The notes beneath the pieces were generated by a model. That model was not told the DNA's origin. It was given only the letters and a program-made list of their open reading frames with translations, and made no database searches. A stretch of 64,000 nucleotides of DNA, taken from contig CAVYGB010000012.1 in assembly GCA_963767925.1 (NCBI GenBank), positions 10,078 through 74,077 on the forward strand, in the 5' to 3' direction. The translations under genes and the position numbers were made by a program. This stretch comes from an uncultured delta proteobacterium (GTDB lineage Bacteria > Myxococcota_A > Polyangia > Fen-1088). Shown here piece by piece: positions 19,727 to 33,803 of the stretch; the stretch's first letter is position 1; the number at the start of each line of letters is the position of its first letter.

Positions 19727-20782
19727 CTAGCGCGAGCGGCTGTCCTCGGGGGACTGGTAGTAGTCCACCGTGGCGCCCAGCCGCTCGAGGATGGGCGCGG
19801 TGGCCTGGTCCAGGCGGGCCAGCACCTCGGGCGACAGCACGATCGACAGGGCGCGGACGTTGGCCTCGAGCTGGGCGCTCGTGCGCGAGCCGACGATGGC
19901 GCAGGTGATGGCGGGGTTGGCCAGGGCCCAGGTCAGCGCCAGGTCGGCCAGCGGCAGGCCGACGTCGGCGGCGATGGCAGCGATCGCCTGCAGGGCGACC
20001 CAGGTCTCGGCCTCGATGCCCGGCCCGCCGTGGCGCGAGCCCGCCCGCTGGCCCGAGAAGTGGCGCAGGCGGGTGCGGGCGGCCGGCAGCTCGTCGAAGG
20101 GGCGCACCGGATCGGAGAGCACGCCCTGCATGAGGGCCATGTAGCCGAGCACGCCGATCCCCTGGGCCTGACAGGCGGGCAGCAGGGCGGGCTCGATGCC
20201 GCGCATGAGCAGGTTGTAGGGCAGCTCGTTGGCGGCGAGGTCCGCTCCGGCGGCGTGCGCCTCGGCGAGCTGCTCCACCCCGAAGTTGCTGACCCCGAAG
20301 GCGCGGATCTTCCCCTCGCGCCGCAGGTCGGCCAGGGTGGCGAAGGCCTCGGGGACGCTGGGCGGCTGACGCAGCAGCGCCTCGTCGCTGGTAAAGTGCC
20401 GGAGCGAGCTCGGGTTGATCGGCCAGTGCACGAGGTAGAGATCGATCCAGTCGCTGCCCAGGCGGGCGAGGCTGGCCTCGCAGTGGGCCCGCAGCAGGGC
20501 CGGGCTCGTGTTGTGGGGGCTGATCTTCGAGACCACGAGCGCGCCATCCCGCCGCCCCTTCAGCGCCTGCCCGAGCGACGTCTCGCTGGCCCCGGCGTTG
20601 TAGGCCTCCGCGGTGTCGAAGGCGGTGAGCCCCAGGTCGATCGCGCGGTGCACGACCGCCTCCACATCGCCCTGGTTCTGGGGCCCCCAGTAGTCGCCGC
20701 CGCCGAAGGACCAGGTTCCGACGACTAGCCTCGGCAGGCGCAGCCCGGAGGTTCCGCAGGGACGCAGCTCGACGACCGACAT
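19727..20782 (-). CDS. Aldo/keto reductase
   Basis: GTWSFGGGDYWG, FDTAEAYN, IDLYLVHWP and GKIRAFGVSNF. Confidence 0.92.
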   Translation of the reverse strand: MSVVELRPCGTSGLRLPRLVVGTWSFGGGDYWGPQNQGDVEAVVHRAIDLGLTAFDTAEAYNAGASETSLGQALKGRRDGALVVSKISPHNTSPALLRAHCEASLARLGSDWIDLYLVHWPINPSSLRHFTSDEALLRQPPSVPEAFATLADLRREGKIRAFGVSNFGVEQLAEAHAAGADLAANELPYNLLMRGIEPALLPACQAQGIGVLGYMALMQGVLSDPVRPFDELPAARTRLRHFSGQRAGSRHGGPGIEAETWVALQAIAAIAADVGLPLADLALTWALANPAITCAIVGSRTSAQLEANVRALSIVLSPEVLARLDQATAPILERLGATVDYYQSPEDSRSR

Positions 20783-20853
20783 GCCTCCCTCTTAACAAGC
20801 GCGACCCTCGGGCATCGAGGGAAAACGCCGCCGCTTCCCCTAAGCTTCCCGGC

Positions 20854-22122
20854 GTGCCGCCCCTTGCCCTCGCGCCAGCCTCACTCCGCCTCCCGGCCCT
20901 GCTGCTCGCCGCCGGGCTGTCCCTGCTGGCCGCCTGCCCACGCACCGTCCCCCCGCCAGTCGCGGCGCCGGCGCCACCAGAACGCTGGCGGCTCGCCTAC
21001 CACGAGACCTTCGATACGCCCTTCGCCGAGCCGGACCGCTGGGTCGAAGATCGCTACGGCGCCGACAGCCCCTACCACGTCGACGTCTTCGACGAGGACG
21101 GCGCGTTCTTCCGGGACAAGGTCGGCGCGGAATTCACCCGGCAGCTCGGCCGCTTCCGGTCCTTCCGCAAGTCTTTCGTCCACGGCCGCGACGGCTGGCT
21201 CACCGTCGAGCTGTACGGCCGCGACGACGACCGGGACGGGGTCCCGGAGTCGGGGGGCCGCTTCGAGGCAGTCGGGGGACAGGCCCGGCTCACCTCGACC
21301 CGGCACACCGACGGGGCCCTCCTCCGGTCGACGCGGCCGCTGCCCCCGCGCTACCGGATCGAGGTCACCGTCTCGGGTATCGAGTTCGGCGGCCTCGACC
21401 CGGCCAGGGGCGGCCGCAACGGCTACCACGGCGACGAGCTGGCCGGGCCCTGGCGCTGGGACGGCCAGCTCCGCCAGCCCGCCCGGGCCACCACCGACAA
21501 CGGCCTTTATTTCCTGGCCATCACCGACTACGCCAACCCGGCCCCCCACAACAACGTGTTCATCCACCACCACCGCAAGGCGGTGATCGACACCGACAAC
21601 AACACCTACCCCGACGGCCCCTGGTCGCAGGTCTGGAACCCGCGCACCGGCCGGGCCGAGCCCGACGGGCACCACCCGCTCAACCTGTTCGTGCTCAGCG
21701 GCGAGTCCTGGGTCTCGGACTGGACCGGCAACGCCTTCCTCTCCTGGAGCCCCGGGGGCTGGCAGGAGGACTTCGTCATGGCCGACAAGTACCTCGACGG
21801 CGAGCCGTTCACGGTGACCATCGAGCGCGACGGCGAGAGCTTCACCCTCGGGGCCAGCGGGCGCTTTCACCACGGCGGCGACGCCCGCTACCGCGCCCGC
21901 CGGCGCTTCCGGGATCGGCCGGTCATCTGGCACTACAACCAGACCCCCGCGGAGTACGCTCCCGCCAGCTTCGATCGCCCCGACCTCGGCCGGTACGGCC
22001 GGGCCTGGCCCCCCGGCTCGAGCTACCCCGAGCACTTCATCCTCGGCGATCCCCACATCAACTACTACGAGGGGACCGCCCGCTTCGACGACCTCAAGCT
22101 CTGGCTGCCCGAACGGCCGTGA
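20854..22122 (+). CDS. Hypothetical lipoprotein (beta-rich, possibly carbohydrate-active)
   Basis: Lipobox LLAAC, a Trp/Tyr/Asp-rich body, YHETFD at the start and FDDLKLW at the end, as in ConA-like domains. Confidence 0.7.
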   Translation: MPPLALAPASLRLPALLLAAGLSLLAACPRTVPPPVAAPAPPERWRLAYHETFDTPFAEPDRWVEDRYGADSPYHVDVFDEDGAFFRDKVGAEFTRQLGRFRSFRKSFVHGRDGWLTVELYGRDDDRDGVPESGGRFEAVGGQARLTSTRHTDGALLRSTRPLPPRYRIEVTVSGIEFGGLDPARGGRNGYHGDELAGPWRWDGQLRQPARATTDNGLYFLAITDYANPAPHNNVFIHHHRKAVIDTDNNTYPDGPWSQVWNPRTGRAEPDGHHPLNLFVLSGESWVSDWTGNAFLSWSPGGWQEDFVMADKYLDGEPFTVTIERDGESFTLGASGRFHHGGDARYRARRRFRDRPVIWHYNQTPAEYAPASFDRPDLGRYGRAWPPGSSYPEHFILGDPHINYYEGTARFDDLKLWLPERP

Positions 22123-22196
22123 CCGAGCGACCGTGACGGAAGAGCATCCCGCCCCGCACGATCCCGGGAGGGCGCAGGGCGCTTCCGCGCGCTAGG

Positions 22197-23876
22197 ATGG
22201 CCCGGTCGATGTTGGCGCAGCTCGACGTCGTGGTTGTCGATTGTCAGGCTTCTGGCGCGACGCCGAAGCTCGGGTCGCTCCTCGAGCTGGGCTGGACCGT
22301 CAGCGGGCCGAACCCGCTCCCCGCGCCGGTCGAGGCGCGCTGGATCGCGACCCCGCCCGGGACCCGGGTCTCGCGCCCGGTGCGCGAGCTGACCGGCTGG
22401 AGCGAGGCCTGCCTGGCCAGCGCGGTGCCGCCCGAGCAGGCCTGGTCGCGGCTACGCTCCGACGTGGCCGCCTGGCGGCGCGCACCGGCCACGACCGCGG
22501 CGCCCCCGAGCCCAGCGCCCTGTGTGATCCACTTTGCCCGGTTCGAGCTGGGGTTCCTCGCGGCGCTGCACGGCGAACACGGCGAGGGGCCGTTCCCCTT
22601 CGACACCATCTGCCTGCACGAGGTGGCCCGCCGGCTCTATCCCGAGCTGCCCCGGCGGGGCCTGCGCGCGCTCGCCGGGTTCCTCGGCCATCGGCCCGAG
22701 CTGATGCGCCGCTCGGCCGGGCACGTCGAGGCGTCGGCGTTCATCTGGCGGGCCGTGTTGCCGGCGCTCGCGGCGGCGGCGGTCCACACCTGGGCCGATC
22801 TCAAGGCCTGGCTCGGGGAGAAGGCGCCGCCCCGGACCCGGCGCACCTTCCCGCTGGCCGCCGAGCGCCGGCGCGCCCTCCCCGCCCGGCCGGGCGTGTA
22901 CCGCTTCGTCCGGGCCAACGGCGACGTCCTCTACGTCGGCAAGGCGGCCAACCTGAAGAAGCGGATCGCCAGCCACTTCACCGGCGCCGCCCGGGCCAAC
23001 GAGCGCGTCCTGGAGATGTTGACTCAGGTCAAGGAGGTGGACGTCACCCCGGCCGAGACAATCCTGGAGGCCGCCCTCCTCGAGACCGACGAGATCAAGC
23101 GGCTGCACCCGCCCTACAACGTGCAGCTCCGCGAGGACGATCGCCGGGTCTGGTTCGCCCGGGCGGATCTGCTGGACGCGGCGCCGGCGCCGGACGACCT
23201 CCACCGCGTCGGCCCCCTGCCCTCGCGCTGGGCGCTCTCCTCGATGGCCGCCCTGCGCGCGCTCGCGAGCGGCGGCGACCCCTCGGACGTGCGGGCCCGG
23301 GCGGGCGCGGTGGGCGTGCCGCCCCCCTTCGCGCCCGACGAGCCGATCTTCCTGAGCGCCTGGGCCTCCTTCTGCGCCCAGCACCTGGCGGCCGCGGCCA
23401 GGAACCCCTGGCACGCCCTGCTGCGGGCCTCCCGGCGGCTCGCGCTCACCGGGGTGGCCGACGACGGGGGCGAGACCGCCTCGACGGACGAATGGGATCT
23501 GGATCGGGTCCGGCGCCACCTGGATCGCGCCCTCCTGCGCGGGGGGCAGCTGGTGCGGCGGGCGCGCTGGCTGGTCCTGCTCTCGGACGCCAGCGTCGCC
23601 TTCCGCGAGCCGGCCGGCGACCGCGTTCGCCTGCTGATGATCGCGGGGGGCCAGATCGTCGAGCGCGGCGATCTCGCCGACGGTCAGACCTTGCCCGAGC
23701 GGGACGCCCCTCCGCCCTGGCACCTGCGCCAGGCCTCGATCGACGCCGCCGGCTACGATCGCATGCGCGTGCTCGCCACCGAGCTGCTCCGGATCCGCGC
23801 CGAGGGCGGCGCGGTCCGGGTGCGCATCGGAGGGCGGGTCATCGACGGCCGCGGCGCCGCCCTCCTGGTCGGGTAG
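22197..23876 (+). CDS. DnaQ/DEDD-like domain fused to a UvrC-type GIY-YIG nuclease
   Basis: The GIY-YIG domain reads PGVYRF...LYVGKAANLKKRIASHF...LLETDEIKRLHPPYN. The N-terminal exonuclease-like motifs are degenerate. Confidence 0.85.
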   Translation: MARSMLAQLDVVVVDCQASGATPKLGSLLELGWTVSGPNPLPAPVEARWIATPPGTRVSRPVRELTGWSEACLASAVPPEQAWSRLRSDVAAWRRAPATTAAPPSPAPCVIHFARFELGFLAALHGEHGEGPFPFDTICLHEVARRLYPELPRRGLRALAGFLGHRPELMRRSAGHVEASAFIWRAVLPALAAAAVHTWADLKAWLGEKAPPRTRRTFPLAAERRRALPARPGVYRFVRANGDVLYVGKAANLKKRIASHFTGAARANERVLEMLTQVKEVDVTPAETILEAALLETDEIKRLHPPYNVQLREDDRRVWFARADLLDAAPAPDDLHRVGPLPSRWALSSMAALRALASGGDPSDVRARAGAVGVPPPFAPDEPIFLSAWASFCAQHLAAAARNPWHALLRASRRLALTGVADDGGETASTDEWDLDRVRRHLDRALLRGGQLVRRARWLVLLSDASVAFREPAGDRVRLLMIAGGQIVERGDLADGQTLPERDAPPPWHLRQASIDAAGYDRMRVLATELLRIRAEGGAVRVRIGGRVIDGRGAALLVG

Positions 23877-23888
23877 CCGGCGAACGCC

Positions 23889-25043
23889 TCAGGCGAAGCA
23901 GGTGCCGCCGTCGCGGTAGCCCCAACGGTGGTAAGGGAAGCAGCGCTGGGTATCGAGCGCGGCCAGGCGCCGGTTGAGCATCATCATGTCGGCGGGGGCC
24001 AGCGGCTGCAGCGTCCGGGCGACCCGGGCGCAGGAGTCGAGCACCTCCGCGCTGCTGATGCCGATGATCATCGCCGAGACCGGCAGCGACAGCGAGTAGC
24101 GGACCAGGTCCTCCGCCGCCACGCCCCGGCCGAGCAGGGCGTCCTGGGCGGTCACCTTCATGCCCAGCAGCCCGATGCCGTTCTGCTGGCCGTGCGGGAT
24201 CACGAGGTCGGTGAACCCGCTCTCGCGGGCGGCGTTCTGGGGGCACATCACCAGGTCGGGCTTGATGCGGCGGAGGGCGTCGACGAGCACGGCGCCGCTG
24301 GTGTGACCGGAGACGCCGATGAAGCGGATGATCCCCTGCTCCCGGGCCCGCAGCAGGGCCTCGTAGGCCCCGCCCCGGGCCATGATCCGCGTGACCTCGT
24401 CGCTCGACTGGATGTCGTGGAAGTGGAGGATGTCGATCTTGTCGGTCTTGAGGTTGGCCAGCGACTGATCGAGCTGCCGCTTGGCCCCCTCGGCGGTGCG
24501 GTCATGCACCTTGTTGGCGAGGATGACCCGGCTGCGAAACATGGGCAGGAGGTATTTGCCCAGCAACACCTGGCTCCGCCCGTTGCCGTAGCTGATGGCG
24601 GTGTCGAAGTAGTTGATGCCGGCCTCGACCGCCCGGTGGATCAGGCGCTCGGCCGCGGCCTCGGACGCGCCGAGGTACTGCGAGCCGCAGCCGAACCCCA
24701 CGATCGAGACCATCAGACCGGTGTTGCCGAGGGCCCGCTGGGGCATGCCGGCTGGTCCCATGGCCTGGGGGGGCATGCCGGTGGGAGGCGGCGGCATGGC
24801 GGCGGGCGGGGCCGGCGGCGCGCTGGCGGGGGGCGGCTCCATCCCGGCAGGCGGGGGCGCGGGCGGGCTGCTGGGGCCCTCTATGGGCGGGCGGCCGCCG
24901 AACGGCGGGGGGGCGGCGGGCTCGGCGGCGGAGGGTGATCCCGCCGGGGGGCTGCCCGATTCGCCGCAGCCCTCGACGGCCACGCCGACCCCGACTCCCA
25001 CCACGGACGCTTTGAGGAATTTGCGCCGGGAAATGTCGCTCAT
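23889..25043 (-). CDS. Aldo/keto reductase with a Tat/lipoprotein signal and a Pro-rich linker
   Basis: SRRKFLK, VEGC, RALGNTG, INYFDTAISYG and IRFIGVSGH. Confidence 0.88.
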   Translation of the reverse strand: MSDISRRKFLKASVVGVGVGVAVEGCGESGSPPAGSPSAAEPAAPPPFGGRPPIEGPSSPPAPPPAGMEPPPASAPPAPPAAMPPPPTGMPPQAMGPAGMPQRALGNTGLMVSIVGFGCGSQYLGASEAAAERLIHRAVEAGINYFDTAISYGNGRSQVLLGKYLLPMFRSRVILANKVHDRTAEGAKRQLDQSLANLKTDKIDILHFHDIQSSDEVTRIMARGGAYEALLRAREQGIIRFIGVSGHTSGAVLVDALRRIKPDLVMCPQNAARESGFTDLVIPHGQQNGIGLLGMKVTAQDALLGRGVAAEDLVRYSLSLPVSAMIIGISSAEVLDSCARVARTLQPLAPADMMMLNRRLAALDTQRCFPYHRWGYRDGGTCFA

Positions 25044-25273
25044 CGGTGACTCCTGGAATGAGGTCGGGGGCCTGGTGCGGCACGGGGTTGCCCGCGTGCT
25101 GGGGAGAGCTTACTGCAAGGCGGGCGGTTGCCGAAGGGTGTCGAGCGAGGGGGCGTTTCCGGGCCGCGGGCGCAACGCACGGGGACGGGGGCGTTGGCAG
25201 CCCGTGGATAGAGAGACGTTCGGGTTTGCACGTCAGAGGCGGGCCGGTCGCCGAGCCCTGAGCCTTGCCCCGG

Positions 25274-29643
<4,370 letters not shown>

Positions 29644-29862
29644 GGTCCTGACGGCCCACCGCCTCGTCCGGGTCCTGGCCGGACAGGCGCGGTGGCCTAT
29701 GTATCCCTGGGGTCACTCCCATCGGGAGGCAAGGGCCGGCGGCCGACAAAAGGATCGGGGAATCCGTCGGTGCCGGTAAGGGTGCGCGGTCACGCGCAGC
29801 ACCTTGCCAGCGCCCCGCCCGGGCCCCATCCTGCACAGCTGGCGCGCGCCGCGGGCCTCGAC

Positions 29863-31185
29863 TCAGAAGTCGTCGAAGGGGACGGTGCTGTCGCCGAGGC
29901 GGTCGCGGGTGAGGCCCAGGCGACCCAGCATGCCGAGAAAGAGGTTGTTGAGCGGGAGCGCCTCGGGCAGCTTCACGTGCCGGCCCGGGCGGGCCCTGCC
30001 GCCGGCCCCCCCGGCGAGGACGATGGGCAGGTCGTTGTGGTTGTGGCGGTCCCCGTCGGCGATGGCCCCGCCGTAGAGCACCATGGCGTTGTCCAGAACG
30101 GTGCGGCCGTCGAGGTCGCGGGCGGTCGCCAGCTTCTTCAGCAGGTAGGCGAGCTGCTGCATGTAAAAGCGATCGATGCGCGCCACCTTGGCGAGGTTCT
30201 CGGGCTTGCTCTGGTGGTGCGACAGGTGGTGGTGTCCCTCGGCGATGCCGATCTCGTTGAAGCTGCGGTTGTTGCCTTCGGCGGCGAACAGCAGGGTGAC
30301 GATGCGGGTGGAGTCGCTCTGGAAGGCGAGCGCCACCAGGTCGCACATCAGCCGGATGTGGCCCCGGGCGTCCTCGGGGATCTCGCGGGGCGCGGCCCGG
30401 CCGGTGCGGGGCAGCTCGTGTTGCTCGGCCCGCTCGATCTGCCGCTCCACCTCGCGCAGGCCGGTGAGGTATTCGTCGACCTTGCGCCGATCGGCGCCGC
30501 CGAGCTGGGCCTGCAGGGTCCGGCTCTCGGCCAGGGCGAAGTCGAGCACGCTCTGGCGCTGGCGCTGCCGCTGCAGGTAGCTGCGCTGCCGCTGGGCGGG
30601 CGGCCCGCTGCCGAACAGCCGCTCGAAGACCAGGCGGGGGTCGGCCTCCGCCGGCACCGGCAGGGTCTCGGAGGCCCAGGAGAGGTTGTATTCGTAGGCG
30701 CAGCTATAGCCCGAGTCGCAAGAGCCGCTCCGCCGCGAGCGCATGGCGATCAGCTCCAGCGAGGGCAGGCGGGTCAGGTGGCCCAGGCGCTGGGCGGCCA
30801 CCTGGTCGACCGAGATCCCGTTGCGGAGGTTGGCCCCCGCGGTCTTGCGGGGGTGGCAGCCGGTGAGGAAGGCGGCGTTGGCCCGGGCGTGATCGCCGGG
30901 CCCGTCGCCGAGGGCGTTGGCGTTCCGCTGGGCAAAGCCGGTGAACACCTGGAGCTGGTCCTTGAAGGGGACCACCGGGGCGAAGGTGGGGCCGAGGGTG
31001 AAGTCCCGCCCCTCGCCCACCGGGCGCCAGTGGCTCAGATTCACGCCGTTGGGGACGCCCACGAAGGCCATCCGCAGCGGGGCGCTGGCCCGGGCCGACC
31101 CGGTCGGGGTGCCGGCGAGCGCCTCGAGCGGTGGCAAAGCCACCGCGACCCCCAGTCCACGCAGCAGGCTCCGGCGGGTGATCAT
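29863..31185 (-). CDS. DUF1552 domain protein
   Basis: MITRRSLLRG, PNGV, GDHARA, GISVDQ, CDSGYSCAY, DPRLVFERLF, HHHLSHH and HNHNDLP. Confidence 0.9.
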   Translation of the reverse strand: MITRRSLLRGLGVAVALPPLEALAGTPTGSARASAPLRMAFVGVPNGVNLSHWRPVGEGRDFTLGPTFAPVVPFKDQLQVFTGFAQRNANALGDGPGDHARANAAFLTGCHPRKTAGANLRNGISVDQVAAQRLGHLTRLPSLELIAMRSRRSGSCDSGYSCAYEYNLSWASETLPVPAEADPRLVFERLFGSGPPAQRQRSYLQRQRQRQSVLDFALAESRTLQAQLGGADRRKVDEYLTGLREVERQIERAEQHELPRTGRAAPREIPEDARGHIRLMCDLVALAFQSDSTRIVTLLFAAEGNNRSFNEIGIAEGHHHLSHHQSKPENLAKVARIDRFYMQQLAYLLKKLATARDLDGRTVLDNAMVLYGGAIADGDRHNHNDLPIVLAGGAGGRARPGRHVKLPEALPLNNLFLGMLGRLGLTRDRLGDSTVPFDDF

Positions 31186-33512
31186 GGGTGCTCCTTTCGC
31201 ATCTGGAACGGGGGGCTCTGCGCGATGCCCACCAGCAGGCCCGAGAGGCGGCCGCCCCCGGCGACAAGCTCGGCCACCAGCTTGTCGACCGTGCAGGCGT
31301 CGGCCGGCTCGAGCCCCCGCCCGAGGGCGAAGACCAGCAGCTTGCGGGTCACCGTCCGGTAGAGCTGCTCGCGGCGGGCGGCGAGCTGGCGGCGCAGGTC
31401 GGGCAGCCCGGCGATCGCCTCGCCGGTGACGAGCCGGCCCGAGGTGTCGAGGGGGGCGCCGTTCTCCTCGGTCCGCCAGCGGCCGACGGCGTCGAAGCCC
31501 TCCAGGGCCAGGCCGATGGGGTCCATGCGGGCGTGGCAGCCGGCGCAGGCCGGATCGGCCCGGTGGGCGGCGAGCTGCTCGCGCATGGTCCGGACGGGGG
31601 CCCCCTTCTTGCCGGGCTCGTCGAGGCTGGGGATGTCGGGGGGTGGCGGCGGCGGCGGCATGCCCAGAACGTTGTCGAGCAGGAACAGGCCCCGCTTGAC
31701 CGGCGAGGTGCGGGTCGGGTTCGAGGTCACGGTCAGGAAGCTGCCGTGGGTGAGCAGGCCCCCCCGGGGCCCGTCGGGCGGGAGCGCCACCTTGCGCATC
31801 TGCGGGCCCTCGACGGCAGGCAGCCCGTAGAACGCCGCCAGGGGCGCGTTGAGGAAGCTGTAGTCGGCGGTGATCAGCTCGACCAGGTCCCGGTCCTCGC
31901 GCAGCAGATGGGCGAACAGCAGCTCGGTCTCCGAGCGCATCAGCCGGCGGATGGCCGGCGTGAGCGGCCGGAAGCGCTCGGTGCTGATCGGCACCGACTC
32001 CACGTCGCGGGTCTGCAGCCACTGCCCCACGAAGCGCGACACGAACCGGTCCGAGCGGCGGTCAGCGAGCAGCCGCCGGACCTGCGCCGCGAGGTTGTCG
32101 CGCAGGGCCCCCCGGGCGGCCAGGGCGGTCAGCTCGGCGTCCGGGCCGGTAGCGTGCAGCAGGTACGACAGGCGCGTGGCGAGGCTGTGCTCGTCGAGCC
32201 GGGTCGGTCCGCCTGGGCCGGGCGCCTGCACCGGCGTCTGGCCCGCTTTTTCCCGCGCTTCCGCCCGCCCTTCCACCCGGAACAGGAAGCGGGGCGAGAC
32301 GAGGATGGCGGCGACCGCCGAGGCGACGCCGGTCTCGAAACGCCCGCCCGGCCCCTCGGCCGCCTCGGCGAGGGCGACGAGGCGATCCAGGGTCGCGCCG
32401 TCCACCGGCCGGCGGAAGGCCCGGCTGGCCAGGCCCTCCAGGATGGCGCGGGCCTGGGCCCGGCGCCCGGCCACATCGGCGGCCGGAGGCCCGGGGAAAA
32501 ACAGGCGCCGGTGGGCAGGCGGGTACTCCCGGATCCGCGTCCCCAGCGGGCCGCGCACGGTAAGCTCCTCGAGCCCGATGTTGATGACCCGCCCGGCGTC
32601 GGGCTCGGCCCGGGTCGTGTCGAGCACGAAGCGGACCGCGTGTTCGCCGGCGGCCAGGGTGCGCTGCCGGGCGTAGCGGTAGGTGAGGTTCCCGGCGCGG
32701 TAGCTGGCCCGGGCCAGCGGGCGCCCGTCGAGCTCGACCCGCACCCGGGCCCGGCCGGTAAAGGGGCGGAAGCTGTTGACCGAGACCGCCAGCGCGACGG
32801 CGTGGGATCCGCCGTGCTCGAGGGTGAAGCGCCCCTCGCTGATCGTCACCTTCTCCGTCGACAGGTCCACGACCTTCAGGTCGCCACGCCGGAGGGTGCG
32901 GCGGGGGACCTCGGGCCGGGGCGCGATAACCCGGGCCACGACCTGCTCGGCGGCGTTGAAGTACTTCTCGGTCAGCACCGGCGAGACGCCGAGGACGTCG
33001 CCGATGTTGTCGAAGCCATAGCCGCTGTCGTCGGGGGGAAAATCCTCGGCCGGCTGGAAGTCGATGCCGAACAGGTCGGCGATGCTGTGGTTGTATTCGT
33101 CGCGGTTGAGCCGGCGCAGGGTGACCCGCCCCGGGTCGGGGGCCCGGCAGTCGACCCCCTGCACGTCCCGCTGGATGAAGGCCTGCAGCGCGGTCTGCTC
33201 GGCCGCGGTCGGCCGCGGCTTGCCCGGCGGAGGCATCACGCCATTGCGCACGTTCTCCAGCACCCGATCCCACAGGGCCCGGTCGGCGCGCCCTCCTGCC
33301 GTCAGCGCGGCGTCGAGATCCACGTCGCCGCGTGCGCTGCCTCCGCCGTGGCAGTCGCTGCAGTGGGTGGCCAGCACGGCCCGGGGATCGATGGGCGCCG
33401 CGGCCGGGGCGCGGCCCCCGCCGGCGGCGCGCGCCGCCGGGCTGGCGGCGACGGCCAGCAGGACGACGACCCACGTCGAGGGGCGTGCGAGGAGAACCCG
33501 GGCGCTGTGCAC
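31182..33512 (-). CDS. DUF1592/DUF1588-family cytochrome c-containing protein
   Basis: Haem motifs CSDCH and CAGCH, plus LRRLNRDEY, GYGFDN, SPRFLF and TSPVKRG. Overlaps the DUF1552 start. The start coordinate is approximate. Confidence 0.9.
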   Translation of the reverse strand: MHSARVLLARPSTWVVVLLAVAASPAARAAGGGRAPAAAPIDPRAVLATHCSDCHGGGSARGDVDLDAALTAGGRADRALWDRVLENVRNGVMPPPGKPRPTAAEQTALQAFIQRDVQGVDCRAPDPGRVTLRRLNRDEYNHSIADLFGIDFQPAEDFPPDDSGYGFDNIGDVLGVSPVLTEKYFNAAEQVVARVIAPRPEVPRRTLRRGDLKVVDLSTEKVTISEGRFTLEHGGSHAVALAVSVNSFRPFTGRARVRVELDGRPLARASYRAGNLTYRYARQRTLAAGEHAVRFVLDTTRAEPDAGRVINIGLEELTVRGPLGTRIREYPPAHRRLFFPGPPAADVAGRRAQARAILEGLASRAFRRPVDGATLDRLVALAEAAEGPGGRFETGVASAVAAILVSPRFLFRVEGRAEAREKAGQTPVQAPGPGGPTRLDEHSLATRLSYLLHATGPDAELTALAARGALRDNLAAQVRRLLADRRSDRFVSRFVGQWLQTRDVESVPISTERFRPLTPAIRRLMRSETELLFAHLLREDRDLVELITADYSFLNAPLAAFYGLPAVEGPQMRKVALPPDGPRGGLLTHGSFLTVTSNPTRTSPVKRGLFLLDNVLGMPPPPPPPDIPSLDEPGKKGAPVRTMREQLAAHRADPACAGCHARMDPIGLALEGFDAVGRWRTEENGAPLDTSGRLVTGEAIAGLPDLRRQLAARREQLYRTVTRKLLVFALGRGLEPADACTVDKLVAELVAGGGRLSGLLVGIAQSPPFQMRKEHP

Positions 33513-33803
33513 TGCTTGTCTCTTGTCCGGATCGGCTGCTGCTTCTTCACCCCCCGCCGGCGCCCTTCCGGGCCATTTCCTCACGGCCCGCCCATTGCCT
33601 CAAGGAAAACAAGCCATGCCTTGACAGCGCCGAGCCGCGCCCGCCCGCTCCGCTTTGGCTTTATGCGTCGCACGCGACGTGGGGATCGCGGAGATAGGGC
33701 CCAGGGCAAGGACCGAGGTGAGGGCGGAGCCCCCATAGGACTACCGGCCGACCCCGCGCGTTTTCGCGCACCGCTCTTGGCGGCGAACAGCGATCGGGCG
33801 AAG

